A stretch of 64,000 bases of DNA, taken from NCBI RefSeq assembly GCF_009914755.1, contig NC_060939.1; one strand, 5' to 3'. This document shows, piece after piece, positions 16,161 through 29,091 of this stretch. Origin of the DNA: the human T2T-CHM13v2.0 reference genome, Homo sapiens. A program made the position numbers and the translations under genes. Positions within the stretch are counted from its first letter, which is position 1. The number at the start of each line of letters is the position of its first letter. The notes below the pieces were generated by a model that was not told where the DNA came from, ran no database searches, and saw nothing but the letters and a program-made list of their open reading frames with translations.

Positions 16161-19100
16161 TCTTTTTTAAAGAATCTGGATTTTGGCTGTATCCGATTTG
16201 CTTAACACTTCTTCACTGTGGCATATAATATCAAACATGAAAGAAGATGAACATTTGTCACTTCTATAGTTTTTTCCTTCAATTCAAAGCCTTGGGGAAG
16301 CAATGAGAAACGACCGACTGATGCTAACAAGTCCCACAACCTCTCTCAAATCAAAATGGGGCTGGACCTTCTAACCATGGCTCCACCCAAAACTCCAATT
16401 TACTAAAATAATATTGATATACCATGAAATAATAAGCAATGACAAAAAAATTTTTAAATGGTAACTTTCCCTAAATGCTAAAAGTATTAAGCTTTTATAT
16501 TTTCTTTTAAATAACTTTTCTTATAACAAATGTAAATACACACACAATAGAGAATTTAGGAAATACAAGATAAGTAGGAAAGTTCTCGTTCCTTTTCAAA
16601 GACCTGGCTTAGTAAAATTAACAAAGCATCTGTGGTTCCAATGTCTTCAGGGCATAGCAGTGTGCACCTTTCCCACTGACAGCTGGGCAATGTCAGACCG
16701 CTTAGAATTCAACCTCCCGATCCCTCGGGAAGCACCAAAAAGAAGCCTCCTTTCAGATAAGAGGATTTTACAGAGATTTTGAAGTAAGAAGTGGCTGGGC
16801 ATGCAGCCAACAGACATCTAGAGAACTGGAGCCTGCACCGTGGAGTTCGGAGACTCTCCAAGACTGGGAAAGGATCCCCAGGATGAAAGGAACGTTGTGG
16901 TTTCGAGGTGGCAGGGTTTTCCTGACTTGCCCCCGCTCTGCTCATGAGACACCAGAGCGTAAAGTCAGATTCCTTCCAGAACTCAGACAATAAAGTGTTC
17001 TGAGTGAATGTAGGGGGCAAAAGGTACTGATACCAGCAGTCCTTGGCTTATGTGTATTATCCTGAATCCATGCAACATCACCAGTTGTTTCCCAATACCA
17101 AAAAATTAGGAGCAATCACAGCTTTCTACTTCCTAGAGACAGCCTCTTTGCTGATTCCCTTTCAGCTCCCATAAACCTGCCAAGTAGCAGACCCAGGGGG
17201 TTCACCACACCAGGTACCTGTAGGACCACTCTCACACATGTGAAGGTACCCAACAAAGGGCCCTCGGTCTCCAGCCAGCTTTCCCTCCTTCCGATTTTTG
17301 TCTCCTGTCTAAAAATGGTTTGCCTTAATGATGAAATACATTTAAAAAGGTGGACGTGATTCTACAGATGGGGAAATCAGATTGATTAAGGAGAACATTT
17401 GGAAGAGACAGAGGCTCAACTATGGTAGAAAATGAAGAAATACAAAATAAAGCAATGAATACCAAATTATACCCATCAGATTGGAAAGCATTAGAAAGTA
17501 AGATAATACTAAGTGTTGGATATGATGTGAGAATCTGAGAACCCTCAGGCTCTGCAGATGGAAACCTACACTGGTGCCTGCTCAAGGAAATCAAGAATGA
17601 GCACCCCCTAGGATCCAGAAGCCCCACTCCCAGGTGTACACCCCAGATGCTCTCATACTGGTCCTCAGAAAGACACATCCAAGAATGCGGCCAGGAGCTG
17701 AGTATACACACAGGGATACTCAACATACACACATCATAACTACATGCTTCTGGATTGTAAAAGAATTCAAACTATGCAGAAACATATCGTGAATAATAAA
17801 AAAATACGATAATCACCCACATGCACAGACACACAGATTTATCTGCACATTCGTATATACATGTTTATAATTTATTTAAATGAGCTAATACTATACATGT
17901 CACTTTGTGACCTGTTTCAGACTCAAAAATATATAGCAAGTATTATCTCAATGTCATCATTTTGAACAGCTGCACAGTATTCTGCCATAAAGATTGCCAT
18001 GATTTGCTTAACCAATGCCCAGTTGTTGGACACTTGGATTATTTAAACCTTTTCACTATCAAACAGAGCTTCTCTGAATATCATTGCACTTGCATCTTGG
18101 CTTTCTCTTCTAATCATTCACATTAGAAGCAAAGAATATATAGTGCAGTGGAAAATGTACATACTTTAAGAATGGAATCACTTGATTAAAAGTATACATC
18201 TTTTTCATTAAAAGACATTCTTTGCTTCTAATTTCCTTGGATCCAATTTTTTTCTGTTGTCTGGTAAGGTGACTCCTTCAGAGAAAACAGAGAAATAGGC
18301 TAGGACTGCCATTTTATACGCAATCATACTTACTACACTCTCCTTTATCTACATTGTACAAATTCCTACCTCGCAGGTATCCAGCATCAGTCATGCAGCT
18401 AGTCTAGCACATTTTGAGAGACATCAGCAATGTAAAATCCTTGAGAGCTCAACATTCTTTTGCTAAAAATATCTTTATTAAATGCCAGCTTGTGCCTGGA
18501 ACCACACTAGGTATTAGGGAAACACAGAAGATTAATGCCTAGTCCTGCTCAGAAGAAGTTCGGTGGCACTTGACTCTGTAGAGGGAATTCAAAAATCGAG
18601 TGTGCTTTGGAAGCACAGAGGGGCCCTAGCTGCAGAGGCTTCTCAGAGGAGGCAACAGCAACGAGGTCAAACAGCACCGAACTGACCACGCAGTCTTAGT
18701 GACAGAGGGGACTCCAGGCAGAGGGGTAGAGTGGGACAAGATGCTCAGGCCACGCAGTGCCTCCAGAGAACCCCAGGAAGTCCAGCAAAGCAGGAGGCGC
18801 ACTGAGCAGAGCCGAGATGGGGGCTCAGGAGGGAGGCAGCACCCTGATCTGAAGAGTCAGCCTTGCCCACACATCAAGGAGTCTGTATGCAGGGAGAATT
18901 GGCAGGGAGGGGTAGAAGAAGGATGAGACAGGCATTCCTGCAGTTGAGGGAAGACAGACTGGAGAGGGACAAGGTTGGAGGCACGAACCCCAGCTTAACA
19001 GATATTATTGCAATTCAGGAGCGACAAGGTAGAAACGGCGGCAGGTGGCGAAGCTTCACCGGGGAAGGTGGTGTGGGCAGAGGTGAGACAGTCTCTTGGA

Positions 19101-21140
19101 GACTCAGGTGGTGGAATTTCCAGGACTCGGTGCCCGCAGGCTAAGGAGTTGCAGAGGGAGAAAGGAAGGAGGGCCCCCAGCCAGCAGAGCAGGCATTTGG
19201 TGAGCTGACTAACCAAGGTTACAGGGGAGCGTGGGACAGGGGAAAGGCCACAGTACAGACCGAATAGCACAGATGAGGTGCTGGCCCTGCCTTGGCTACA
19301 CAGACTTGCAGAGTGTTCTAGAATCTAGCAATGACTTATTCCACTTCCTGGGATGCAACTTTCTCAACTGCAAAGAAACACATGGGGACTGTGCACCATC
19401 AGGGCCCTTGCAAGCTGTAAAATATTACAAAGTCCTCTCTAGATCAGAATCTGGGGTGGCAGCTGTCCACCTGAAAACTCACCCTAACAAGATTGCCTTC
19501 CTGGGAAGAGACGCAGATCATGTCCATAACCAGCTTCTCCTATGAAGTCGTAAACTTCTTTCAACACTCCACACCCAAGCTACTAAAGACCCATCTCTTC
19601 CAGGCTAGAGTGCTGGCTTACCCACTCCAACATGAGTCTCGCACCCCTCACATCTGGGTGCATGCTGCCTTCTTTTCTCCCCTACTCCTGAGTAATAAAC
19701 AGCAGACTAGCAAAATTGTTCAAATACCTTCTAAAAAAAATACACAGCCTTGTGGACTCCAGGGCCTATTTTGAGCTAAATGTTTCAAACCTCCAGACTC
19801 AGAGCTGCTCTAGGCATTAACCTTCACTCCAACTGAACAATCAGGAAGTCCGTAGATGACAATGGCACCTCTGCTGAATGGCAGGCCCGCATCGGGCATG
19901 GAGACACGAAGATGAACTGGACTTCCCAACCTCCAGGGCCCTCTGCTGAGTGCAGAAGCCAGCATGGCATGGTTGGACTGAAGGATGCACAGATTAGGGA
20001 TGAGGAGGTCAGAAAATAGTGACAGCCTCATTCAAATGTCCAGGAAAACTATACAGAGGAAGGAGGATGGGAGCTGGGCCTTGGTGGCTGCACGCACTTG
20101 TAGAATATAGAGGCAAGAATTAGGCTAGAAGCGGGAAACCACAGAGCATAAGGAGCAAGTGACAAGGTACTAGGCTCAGAAGCGCTGGTTGATGTCTGCG
20201 TTGCAGACGGGGGCCAGCTTGCAAGGGCCCCAAATGCCACACCCAGGTATTGCCATGCCTAGGTAGTGGCCACAGAGAGCTGCTAGAGTTTGTAAACAGA
20301 GGATTGAGGCCAGTGGGTAGAGTGGGAAGAAGACAGGAGCATTTCAACCCAGAGAACATCAAGGAGACCAGCAGAGTGAGGAACGATGTGGCCTGAGACA
20401 AGGCAGGGAATGGTGGGGTGAGCGTGGGACCATACTTCCCCTTTCTCCATTTTCTCAGACCACTGGCATCTAATCCTACAGACACAGAAGAAAACACCTG
20501 GACTCAAAGTCACACACAACTGACAGCAAAGCTCAATACACAGATGGCTCCTAACTCTGCCTTTTCCTGGTCTGGTTTCTGCTGTTGCACTGAAAATGCT
20601 ACCAGGAGAGCAAGCCCTGAAGCCCAACCTGCCACAGCTGATCAAACACCAAAGCACTGTGTGTACGCTTGGAAGCAGAGGGAGGCAGCAGTGAACAGCT
20701 GACACACACACCCAGACTTCCAGGCGGGCCTCAGTAACAGGACAGGTTTGGTTCATTTCCTGCAAAAACAGGATTTCCCAGGCATTAAAGGAAATGTCCT
20801 TGCATTCCTCTTAGCCCTGTCCACCAGGATGGACAGGGATCAAGGACCTGGGACATCCTTCCTAATTTACCAGACACTTTATCCCTGAACGTGAGCAACC
20901 TACAAAAGGCTCTCCAAGATCCCTCATGCCCCTGTGAATGTTCATCTAGCGCAACTTAGGCAGGAGCCTAGGAAAGCCGTCTGTGTCCCCCACCAACAGA
21001 AAATAAGGGAGGCCACCAAGGGTCGCCTAGAATCCTGAAGCTCAGCTCCAACCCCTGGTGCAAAGCACCCCTCCAGCGTAATTCTGGAGGCAATTCTACT
21101 ACCCCCCACACTAGAAACTGCTTCTTTCAGTAGCAAAAAA

Positions 21141-21172
<32 letters not shown>

Positions 21173-21194
21173 AGTAGGCGGGGCGTGAGGGAGC

Positions 21195-21340
21195 TGCAGA
21201 TGGTAGAAGGGAGAGGGAGTAGCGAGATTAAAGTTAGACAGGCCTGGGTTCAAGTCCTACCTCCACCACTGAGTTTACCTTAGATGAGCCATTTTGCCTC
21301 TCTGAAAATGTTTTCCTCATCTGTGAAATGATTATAAAAA
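21195..21340 (+). mobile_element. MIR
   Basis: CCTGGGTTCAAGTCC...TTTCCTCATCTGTGAAATG core. Confidence 0.75.
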
Positions 21341-21489
21341 TAAATTATGGGAAACGCTGTCAGAATTCAGAGCGCTATTGTTAGTGTTCAGCATTAGCAG
21401 AAAGCCAACAAATAGGAACCACATATTTATTTTATATATATAGTTAAAGAGAGGAAAGAAAATTCCTAAAACATGTACCAGGAAAATCC

Positions 21490-22300
21490 AGACGAGCACA
21501 CCCCGGCCCCCCACCCACTCTCCCGGGCAGGGCAGGAGGCACACGGCTGGCTGGGGCGCACCAGGGCACCTGTGCGTGCAGGTGGGGCGGGCGCGCGGCG
21601 ACAGCAGGTTGGCGATGCCGCCCTGTCGGCCGGCGGGGGAAGGAAGAGGGCGGGAGGGCCCACCTGAAGACGCGCAGCAGCAGGCAGGCGATGAGGAGGG
21701 TGGTAAAGGCGAACGCCACGATCACGGCTGCCTTGAGGGTGGGTAGGTCGCGGAGGAGGATGGAAATGCGGGTCACCAAGGCGTCGCCGCTGCTGTTGGA
21801 GCTGCCGCTGCCGCCCGCCGCCCCAGACCCAAACCGGGTGGTGTTCCCGGGCCCCGGGCCGGGCGGTGGCCGCGACTCGCGCTCGGGTTCGGGCCGCGGC
21901 GCGGAGACGGACTCGGCTCTGCTGGCGCGGGCGGCGGGAGCGGCCAGGAGCGCGAGCAGCAGCAGCGGCAGGAGCGGGGCGGGCAGCGGCACGGCGCGCA
22001 TAGTGCGGTGGGTCGGCACAGGATCGGGCAGGGCGCGCGCGGCTGAGCTCCAGGATCCGCACCAGCACGGAGGCCTGCACCGGGGGATCCTGCGGCGGAG
22101 GCGGCTGCGCGGTGCTTGGCAGGAAGCTGCGGCGCCCGGAAGAGCCCGCGCCACCGCCGCCGCCACCACCAACACGTTGCAAGGAGTCATTCGACGGGCC
22201 GCGGCCCCACGTGGGCGGGGCAGGCCACCCGGCCTGGGTCCCGGCTGCGCTCCGCTCGCCCGCGACCCCAATTCCTCGGGACTTGAGACCCCGTGGTGAA
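21490..22300. promoter_or_regulatory. CpG island / FAM174B promoter and 5' UTR
   Basis: Very GC- and CpG-dense block over exon 1 in an otherwise CpG-depleted window. Palindrome CCCACGTGGG (E-box core 22208-22213) overlaps GC box GGGCGGGG (22213-22220). Confidence 0.92.
21664..22001 (-). CDS. FAM174B: FAM174B coding exon 1 (single-pass type I membrane protein: signal peptide, Pro/Gly/Ser-rich lumenal region, TM helix); 338 nt, phase-2 donor
   Basis: Translation [112 protein letters not shown](R) recognised as FAM174B. ATG has A at -3 (CACTATG). Donor AG|GTGGGC directly after the TM segment. N-glycosylation sequons NTT and NSS. The remaining exons (SGKRLKKTRKY... as I recall) are absent from the ORF track. 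Confidence 0.96.
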
Positions 22301-23038
22301 GCAGCAACTGCCACGATGACACTTGGGCTGGCCCTGTGTTACACGTTTCACGTGTTTTATTTATTTCATTTAATTCTACAACCCCCTTTGAAGACAGGTA
22401 TTCTGTTACCCACATTTGATAGCTGACTTGGCACCCAAAGAGCCAGCTCACAGCAACCCATATTGTGTCAGACTAAGAATCAAAAACTATGGGACCTAGA
22501 AGTAGACTCCCATCTTGCAGATCAAAAACTGAAGCCGACAGTGAAGTGGTTGCCTGATGTCCTATGCAACGCATAATTTCAGTATCTCCCCTAATTTCCC
22601 TCTTTCTCAAAAGGGGTTTCTTATTTCATGCGCCTCTGCTTACGAACCGGACTGGGATGTGAATCTCTGCCTCTCATACCTTTGTTGTGGAACACCAGTT
22701 GGTGTGGTTAATGCCCCCCTGCCTGGCTGAAGTTTCTCCGGGGAATAATTGGCTTGCTGCCTCTGGTTTGTAAGCTAAATGATGCTTAGGTGGAGAAAGA
22801 CAATTAAGGAAGTTCTAGTGGGAGGCCCAAAGGTGGAAACTGATGGGGACACAGAGCCCCTACCTGAAGTACTAGGAGCCATTCCCAGGGCTTCAGGGTT
22901 CCCCTTTTACACTGCAGATGGGTCCTGGCAGGAAGCTTTTCGGTGGTGGGTAAACAGTTAAATACACATGACAAGGTCCCAGGGACCTTAAACAGCCCAT
23001 TTCTGGTCCTGCTGGAAAAAGAGACAAATATAGTACAG

Positions 23039-23615
23039 TGTATTAGTTGTCTACTGCAGCATAACAAATTGCCCTAAAACCTAGCAGCTTAAAACAACAT
23101 GCATTTAGTATCTCACAGTCTGTGGGTCAGGAAACTGACCATAGGTTACCTGGGTTCTCTGCTTCAGAGCCTCTCCCAAAGGTGCAATCAAGGTGTCAGC
23201 TGGGGCTGGGGTCTCCTCTGAAGGCTCAACTGGGGAAGGATCTGCTTCCAAGCTCAATCAGCATTTTTTGGCCAGATTCAGCCCTGCACTGGCTGTTGGA
23301 CTGGAGCCTCAGTTTCCTTGGGGCAGTTGGCCAGAGGTTGCCCTCAGTTCCTTGGCATGGGGCCCTTCCAACATAGCAACTTGCTTCATCAAAGTATGCA
23401 AGTCAAGATAGCAATAGAAAGAGTCACCTACCAAGACAGAAGTCACTGTCTTATGAAACCTCATCACAGAAGTGACATTCTCACACCTTTGTCATATTCT
23501 ATCGGTTAGAAGCAAGTCACAGGTTTTATCCACACTCAAGGAGAAGGAATTACACAACGGTATGAATATCAGGAAGCAGGGATCATTGGGGCCATCCTAG
23601 AAGCTGCCTGCCACC
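23039..23615 (-). mobile_element. MLT1-family (MaLR) solo LTR ~1 kb upstream of FAM174B
   Basis: TGTATTAGTT...GCATAACAAATT...GCTTAAAACAACA terminus; TSD TACAG. Confidence 0.85.
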
Positions 23616-24096
23616 TACAGTGTAATTCATTTTGATCTGGGGGGATGGACAACAATCAGATTATCAGAAGTCATCATCCAGAAGGTACTTCTGAAATGCA
23701 TGTTAAATATGCATTCCATGTTAAATATGCCCCAGTGATAAGAGATATGGATAGATCACATGATTTAGGTCTCTTCTAACTCTGAAATATCACCTTCTGG
23801 TATGTTAAAAATGTTGCATTAGTAGAGAGTCAACATCATCATATCAGTATGATAGAATATATAAAAGTAAGTTTTTAAAGAAACACCTCTGATTCCATGA
23901 TTTTGGAGAACTGTTCTCCAAGGCATAAACCTCAGCTATCACAGCCTCTTATTTTTGTACTTATCAGAAATTCCTGCACGATACAGCAAAGAGGTCCTGG
24001 GCTTTGAGCCTCTTAGCCAGGATGAAAGGTTTGACCACTGAATGGCCTTGGCCAAGTATTTAACCACTGAATACCAGGTTTTTAATATCTGAAATA

Positions 24097-24496
<400 letters not shown>

Positions 24497-24785
24497 TCAG
24501 TCATTAAACAATGCTTGATTGTTTAATGCTAACATCAAGAATGAAAGCATAAATGTTAGACTTTTTTCATAACGTGAAACTTTAGAATCTTTCCTTCTAA
24601 TCATTTGCTTACTTAAAAATTGCCCTCAATTAGAGTTCTTTAAAAACATTTTAATTCAAATAACCATAAACAAGGACATTTTTAACATGGTAAACGGGCA
24701 ACAAAACCAAATCTGGTTGATTTCAGAGAAGGGGAGATTATTGGAAGCATGTCATGTTGCTTCCAGAATTGACTGTAAGCCAAAG

Positions 24786-26326
24786 CAGAAGTTCTAACAG
24801 TGGGATTTGTGGACTCCTGGGGTCTCTGAGACCCTTTCAGGGAATCTTCAAAGTGAAAACTAATTCAATAATGATAATAAGATGTTATGTGTCTTTTTCA
24901 CTATGTTGACATTTGCACTAATAGTGCAAAAGCAACAGTGAGGAAAACTGATGGTGCCTTAGCACAAATCGAGGTACACAATATTCATAGTCGTTGTATT
25001 CTTCACAACTATACACTATAGGAAAAAAAAAATCAGTTTCACTTTAGAATGCCCTTGAGGTAGCCATTAAATTATTAAATCTTGACCTTAAGATCATTTT
25101 AATATTATACATGATAAAATGGGAAATAGGAATAAATCACTTCTGCTGTACATTCATGCATAATGATTGACTCAAGAAAAAGCATGTTTACAATTCCTAG
25201 AGTTGCAAACTGAACTAGCCACTTTTTTCACGGAAGACCATTTTTAATCAAGAGAGTGACTGACAAACTTTACACTTGGTCTTTGGCAGGCATTTTCTCA
25301 AAAATGAGCAAAATGAGGCTGTCATTTCAAGGACACCCACTGCCAGTATTGTAGCCAATGATAAAATACAAGCCTTCAGGTGAAAATTGGAATATTTAAG
25401 AAAACTTGTCAATTGGGATGTTTTTGCTATGAGCTTGACAGCTTCCCAATGCTTCAAAATTTTTCTGATGATCTTGGTGGCGATATTTAAAAGTATGGGT
25501 TTTTTATATTATGTAATGAAACATATCAAAATTTGACATATCTGCATAAATTTTTCCAAATGGCCAATGCACAGTGTTACAAAATCATTTCTGAGTAAAT
25601 GATCCACTCAAAGTATAAGACAGACCAATAGACTCTGATGAAACAAAATATAAAATATTCATTACTATGGTTTCATATTCCACATTGCAAATAATCTTTA
25701 AGAAACTACAACCTGCAAATTTTGGTATAGTATCAAAGAAGAATCTCCACAACTACCTGAAAAGGCTACTAAAATTTTCCTCCCTTTTCTGACTAAATAT
25801 CAAGGTGAGGCTGGATTTTCTTCATGTTCTTCAACCAAAACAACAAACTGCAACAGATTGAATGCAAAAGCAGATGTGAGAATCCAGCTATTTTCTATTA
25901 AGCCAGACATTAGAGAGATTTGCAAAAAAATGTTAAAGAAAGGCATGCTTTTCTCTAACATTTTTGTTTTAGAAAATTAGTTATTTTTCATTAAAATATC
26001 TCTCATTCTTTTTTGGTAGAAACAGGGTCTTGCTATGTTGCCCAGGCTGGTCTTGGATTCCTGGCCTTAAGCCATCCTTTGGCCTCAGCCCCCCAAAGCA
26101 CTGGGGTTACAGGCATGAGCCACTGCACCCAGCCAAAAAATATCTTATTGATGTTAATGTGTTATTTTTGTTTTTAAATATTTTAGACTTCAGTTTAATT
26201 TATAATGCAGCAAATATCAATATGTTTATTGATATAAAACAAAATAAACAAAAGCTCTTCGAGGTCCTCAATATTTCTTAGCATGGAAAGGATTCCTGAG
26301 ACCAAAAAGTTATCTAAGAAATGCTG
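24786..26326. mobile_element. Charlie1-type hAT DNA transposon (non-autonomous) containing an Alu monomer at ~26008-26134
   Basis: CAG...CTG termini; Charlie1 motifs CTGAGACCCTTTCAGGG, TTGACATTTGCACTAAT, CCTGAGACCAAAAAGTT. Confidence 0.75.
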
Positions 26327-27242
26327 ACTTCAGAGAAACAGGCTTAGGGAAACAAAACCAAACCAAACAAGCAAACCAATTAGGATATTTTCTGCTATAA
26401 GAAACAGAAAACTCACTTGAACTGACTTAAATAAAAAAGGACATTTCACCCCAATTACTCTGATGTGATTATTACACATGTGATGAGAACATCACATGTA
26501 CCCCATGAATATACACATGAATATGATGTACCCATAATATTTTGAAATTGTTTACATAAAATGTTTTTTTAAATCACATTGTACCAAAAATAAAAAATAA
26601 AAATGAAATATCTTCTTGCACATAAAGGAAGCGCCTGGGAGGAGAGGTTTAGGATTGGTTGATTCAGCCATGTGCATGATGTCAAGGGTCCTGGATCTTT
26701 CCATCTCTCCACTGCTGGCCACAGCACTGACTTCAACCTTAGAAGGGTGGCCGCCTGGTCACAAGATCCACAAGGATGGCTGGAGTGGCAATCAGGGTGG
26801 AATGCTTTCTTGCTCACATATAGCAGGTGAGAGAGGAAAATACTTTTTCCAACTATGGAACATAAACCCTCCTCTCAGTCTGATGGGTCCATCTTGAGTT
26901 ACAGCCAGGGGGCTATCATGCCCTGATTGGACTAGACCTGCCTTGGAACTAGGGTTGGGGCGCCCCCCTAGGAAAATTAAAGAAAAAGAAAAGGTTGTGT
27001 TAGGAACAAGGAAGGGGAAGACATAGATACTGAATAGGCTACAACGCCCATTCCAACAAGCAAGAAACAAGGAACTGAGTCTGTCTGGATTTGTAGAATC
27101 AAAGCCCAAATCAGACCCAGGAAGGATCTGGTTAGGAAACAGCACTGTCCAGCAGATGTCTCGTGGGCTCCGCCATTACCACTGACTCCTAAAGCCACCA
27201 GACAGTAGATGCCACTGCTGTGACCACGGCTCAAAGAGTGAA

Positions 27243-27578
27243 TTTTTATTTATTTATTTATTTATTTATTTATTTTATTTTATTTTTTTGAGACAACGTC
27301 TCACTCACTCTGTTGTCCAGGCTGGAGTGCAGTGGCATGATCTCGGATCTCGGCTCACTGCAACCTCTGCCTCCCAGGTTCAAGCGATTCTCCCACCTTA
27401 GATCAGCTTCCTGAGTAGCTGGGACTACAGGCACGTGCCACCACTTTTTGTATTTTTTGGTAGAGAGAGGGTTTCACCATGTTGGCCAGACTGGTCTCAA
27501 ACTCGTGACCTCAAGTGATCTGCCCGCCTGGGCCTCCCAAAGTGCTGGGATTACAAGCGTGAGCCACGGCGCCGGGGC
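27243..27578 (-). mobile_element. Alu
   Basis: (TTTA)n tail and reverse dimer with small indels. Confidence 0.92.
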
Positions 27579-27904
27579 TGGAAGAGTGTCTCCTTAACTT
27601 CCTGTGAGTTGCATCACTGGCTTGAAATTAAAGGTCCTAAAACGCAGCACCTGATTGGCTACCCCAGTCACGTGGCACTGTCCGAGAAGGGGAGAGGGCA
27701 TATCCCACCCTCTTCATCTTCCAAACGGGAAGAGCAGGGGTCCTCCTCCACCAAGGATCACACCACTGAGGAGTCCACCACAATAAGGACATCTGGATGC
27801 GGGTAGCCAAAGCCAAAACTAGTAAACGGCCACTTCAAACACAGAGGAAAATTCTTCAGAAATAATTAGATCAAAAAAGGAAGTAGATAGTTTCTTAAAA
27901 ATAA

Positions 27905-28075
<171 letters not shown>

Positions 28076-28784
28076 TAGATGTTAGAGATAAACGATAGAG
28101 AGGTGATAGATGGGCATATAGGTAGAAGAGAGAAATTTATACATATTTTCTATATACTGTACATACATTCATGTATGCACATATTTTTATATGCACAATA
28201 AATACAAGTCATTTAATTCCAGTACACCACTAACTGTGTGATCTTGTTTAAACCTTATGCCTCAGTTTCCTCATCTGTAAAATAGGGCTAATAAGAGAAC
28301 CTATCTCATGAGAGTATTTCAAGGACCAAATAAGTTAATACTTGGAACATGCTTAGCAAAATATCTAAACAATGGTTAAGTGCTCAGCAAATGTTAATTA
28401 TTAATAAAATATCAGAGCAATGAAGAAGGATCACTGAAATGGCATTTAACTATAAATCACTTTTCCAGCCTTCAAGGTTCACCAATATCTGAGGGAGGGA
28501 GTTTCTGATGCCCTGGCTGGGACACCTCCAGGAGACAACAGCTATGGAGCAAAACCAGATCCCTGAGTTAATAGTGCCTAAACCACCTTGGAATTCAGAG
28601 CAGGAACACCCTTTGGACACCTCTCACCTATTTGCTGTTTTATACATATGTAGCCCAGAGGAAATAGGTCTCAGTGAAGTAACCTAACTGTTTGGAAGAC
28701 AGACATTCTCCATTCTCTGTGACTAGCAGCTGACTTAAAACAGAAGGACACAAGAAAATATATTGGAAGAAAATATACCAACAT

Positions 28785-29091
28785 GGTTCGGTTTGGTTTG
28801 GTTTGGTTTGAGACGGAGTCTCTCACTGTCGCCCAGGCTGGAGTGCAGTGGCCGATCGTGGCTCATTGCTACCTCCACCTCCCAGGTTCAAGCCATCCTC
28901 GTGCCTCAGCCTCCCAGGTAGCTGAGATTACAGGCACGCACCACCACACTTGGCTAATTTTTTGTATTTTTAGTACAGACGGGCTTTCACCATGTTGGCC
29001 AGGCTGGTCTTGAATTTCTAGGCTCAAGTGATCCGCCCACTTAGGCCTCCCAAAGTGCTGGGATTACAGGCATGAGCCACAGTGCCCAGCC
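28785..29091 (-). mobile_element. Alu with (GGTTT)n tail
   Basis: Reverse dimer; TSD AAATATA(C/A)CAACATG. Confidence 0.93.

Noticed and set aside
21466-22426. Overlapping 282-, 202- and 104-aa ORFs over exon 1
   Set aside because: Stop-poor, GC-rich CpG-island frames with low-complexity Arg/Pro/Ala/Gly translations.
21444-22451. 335-aa ORF as a complete single-exon protein
   Set aside because: Only 22001-21664 matches FAM174B; the rest is 5' UTR/promoter and read-through past the splice donor.
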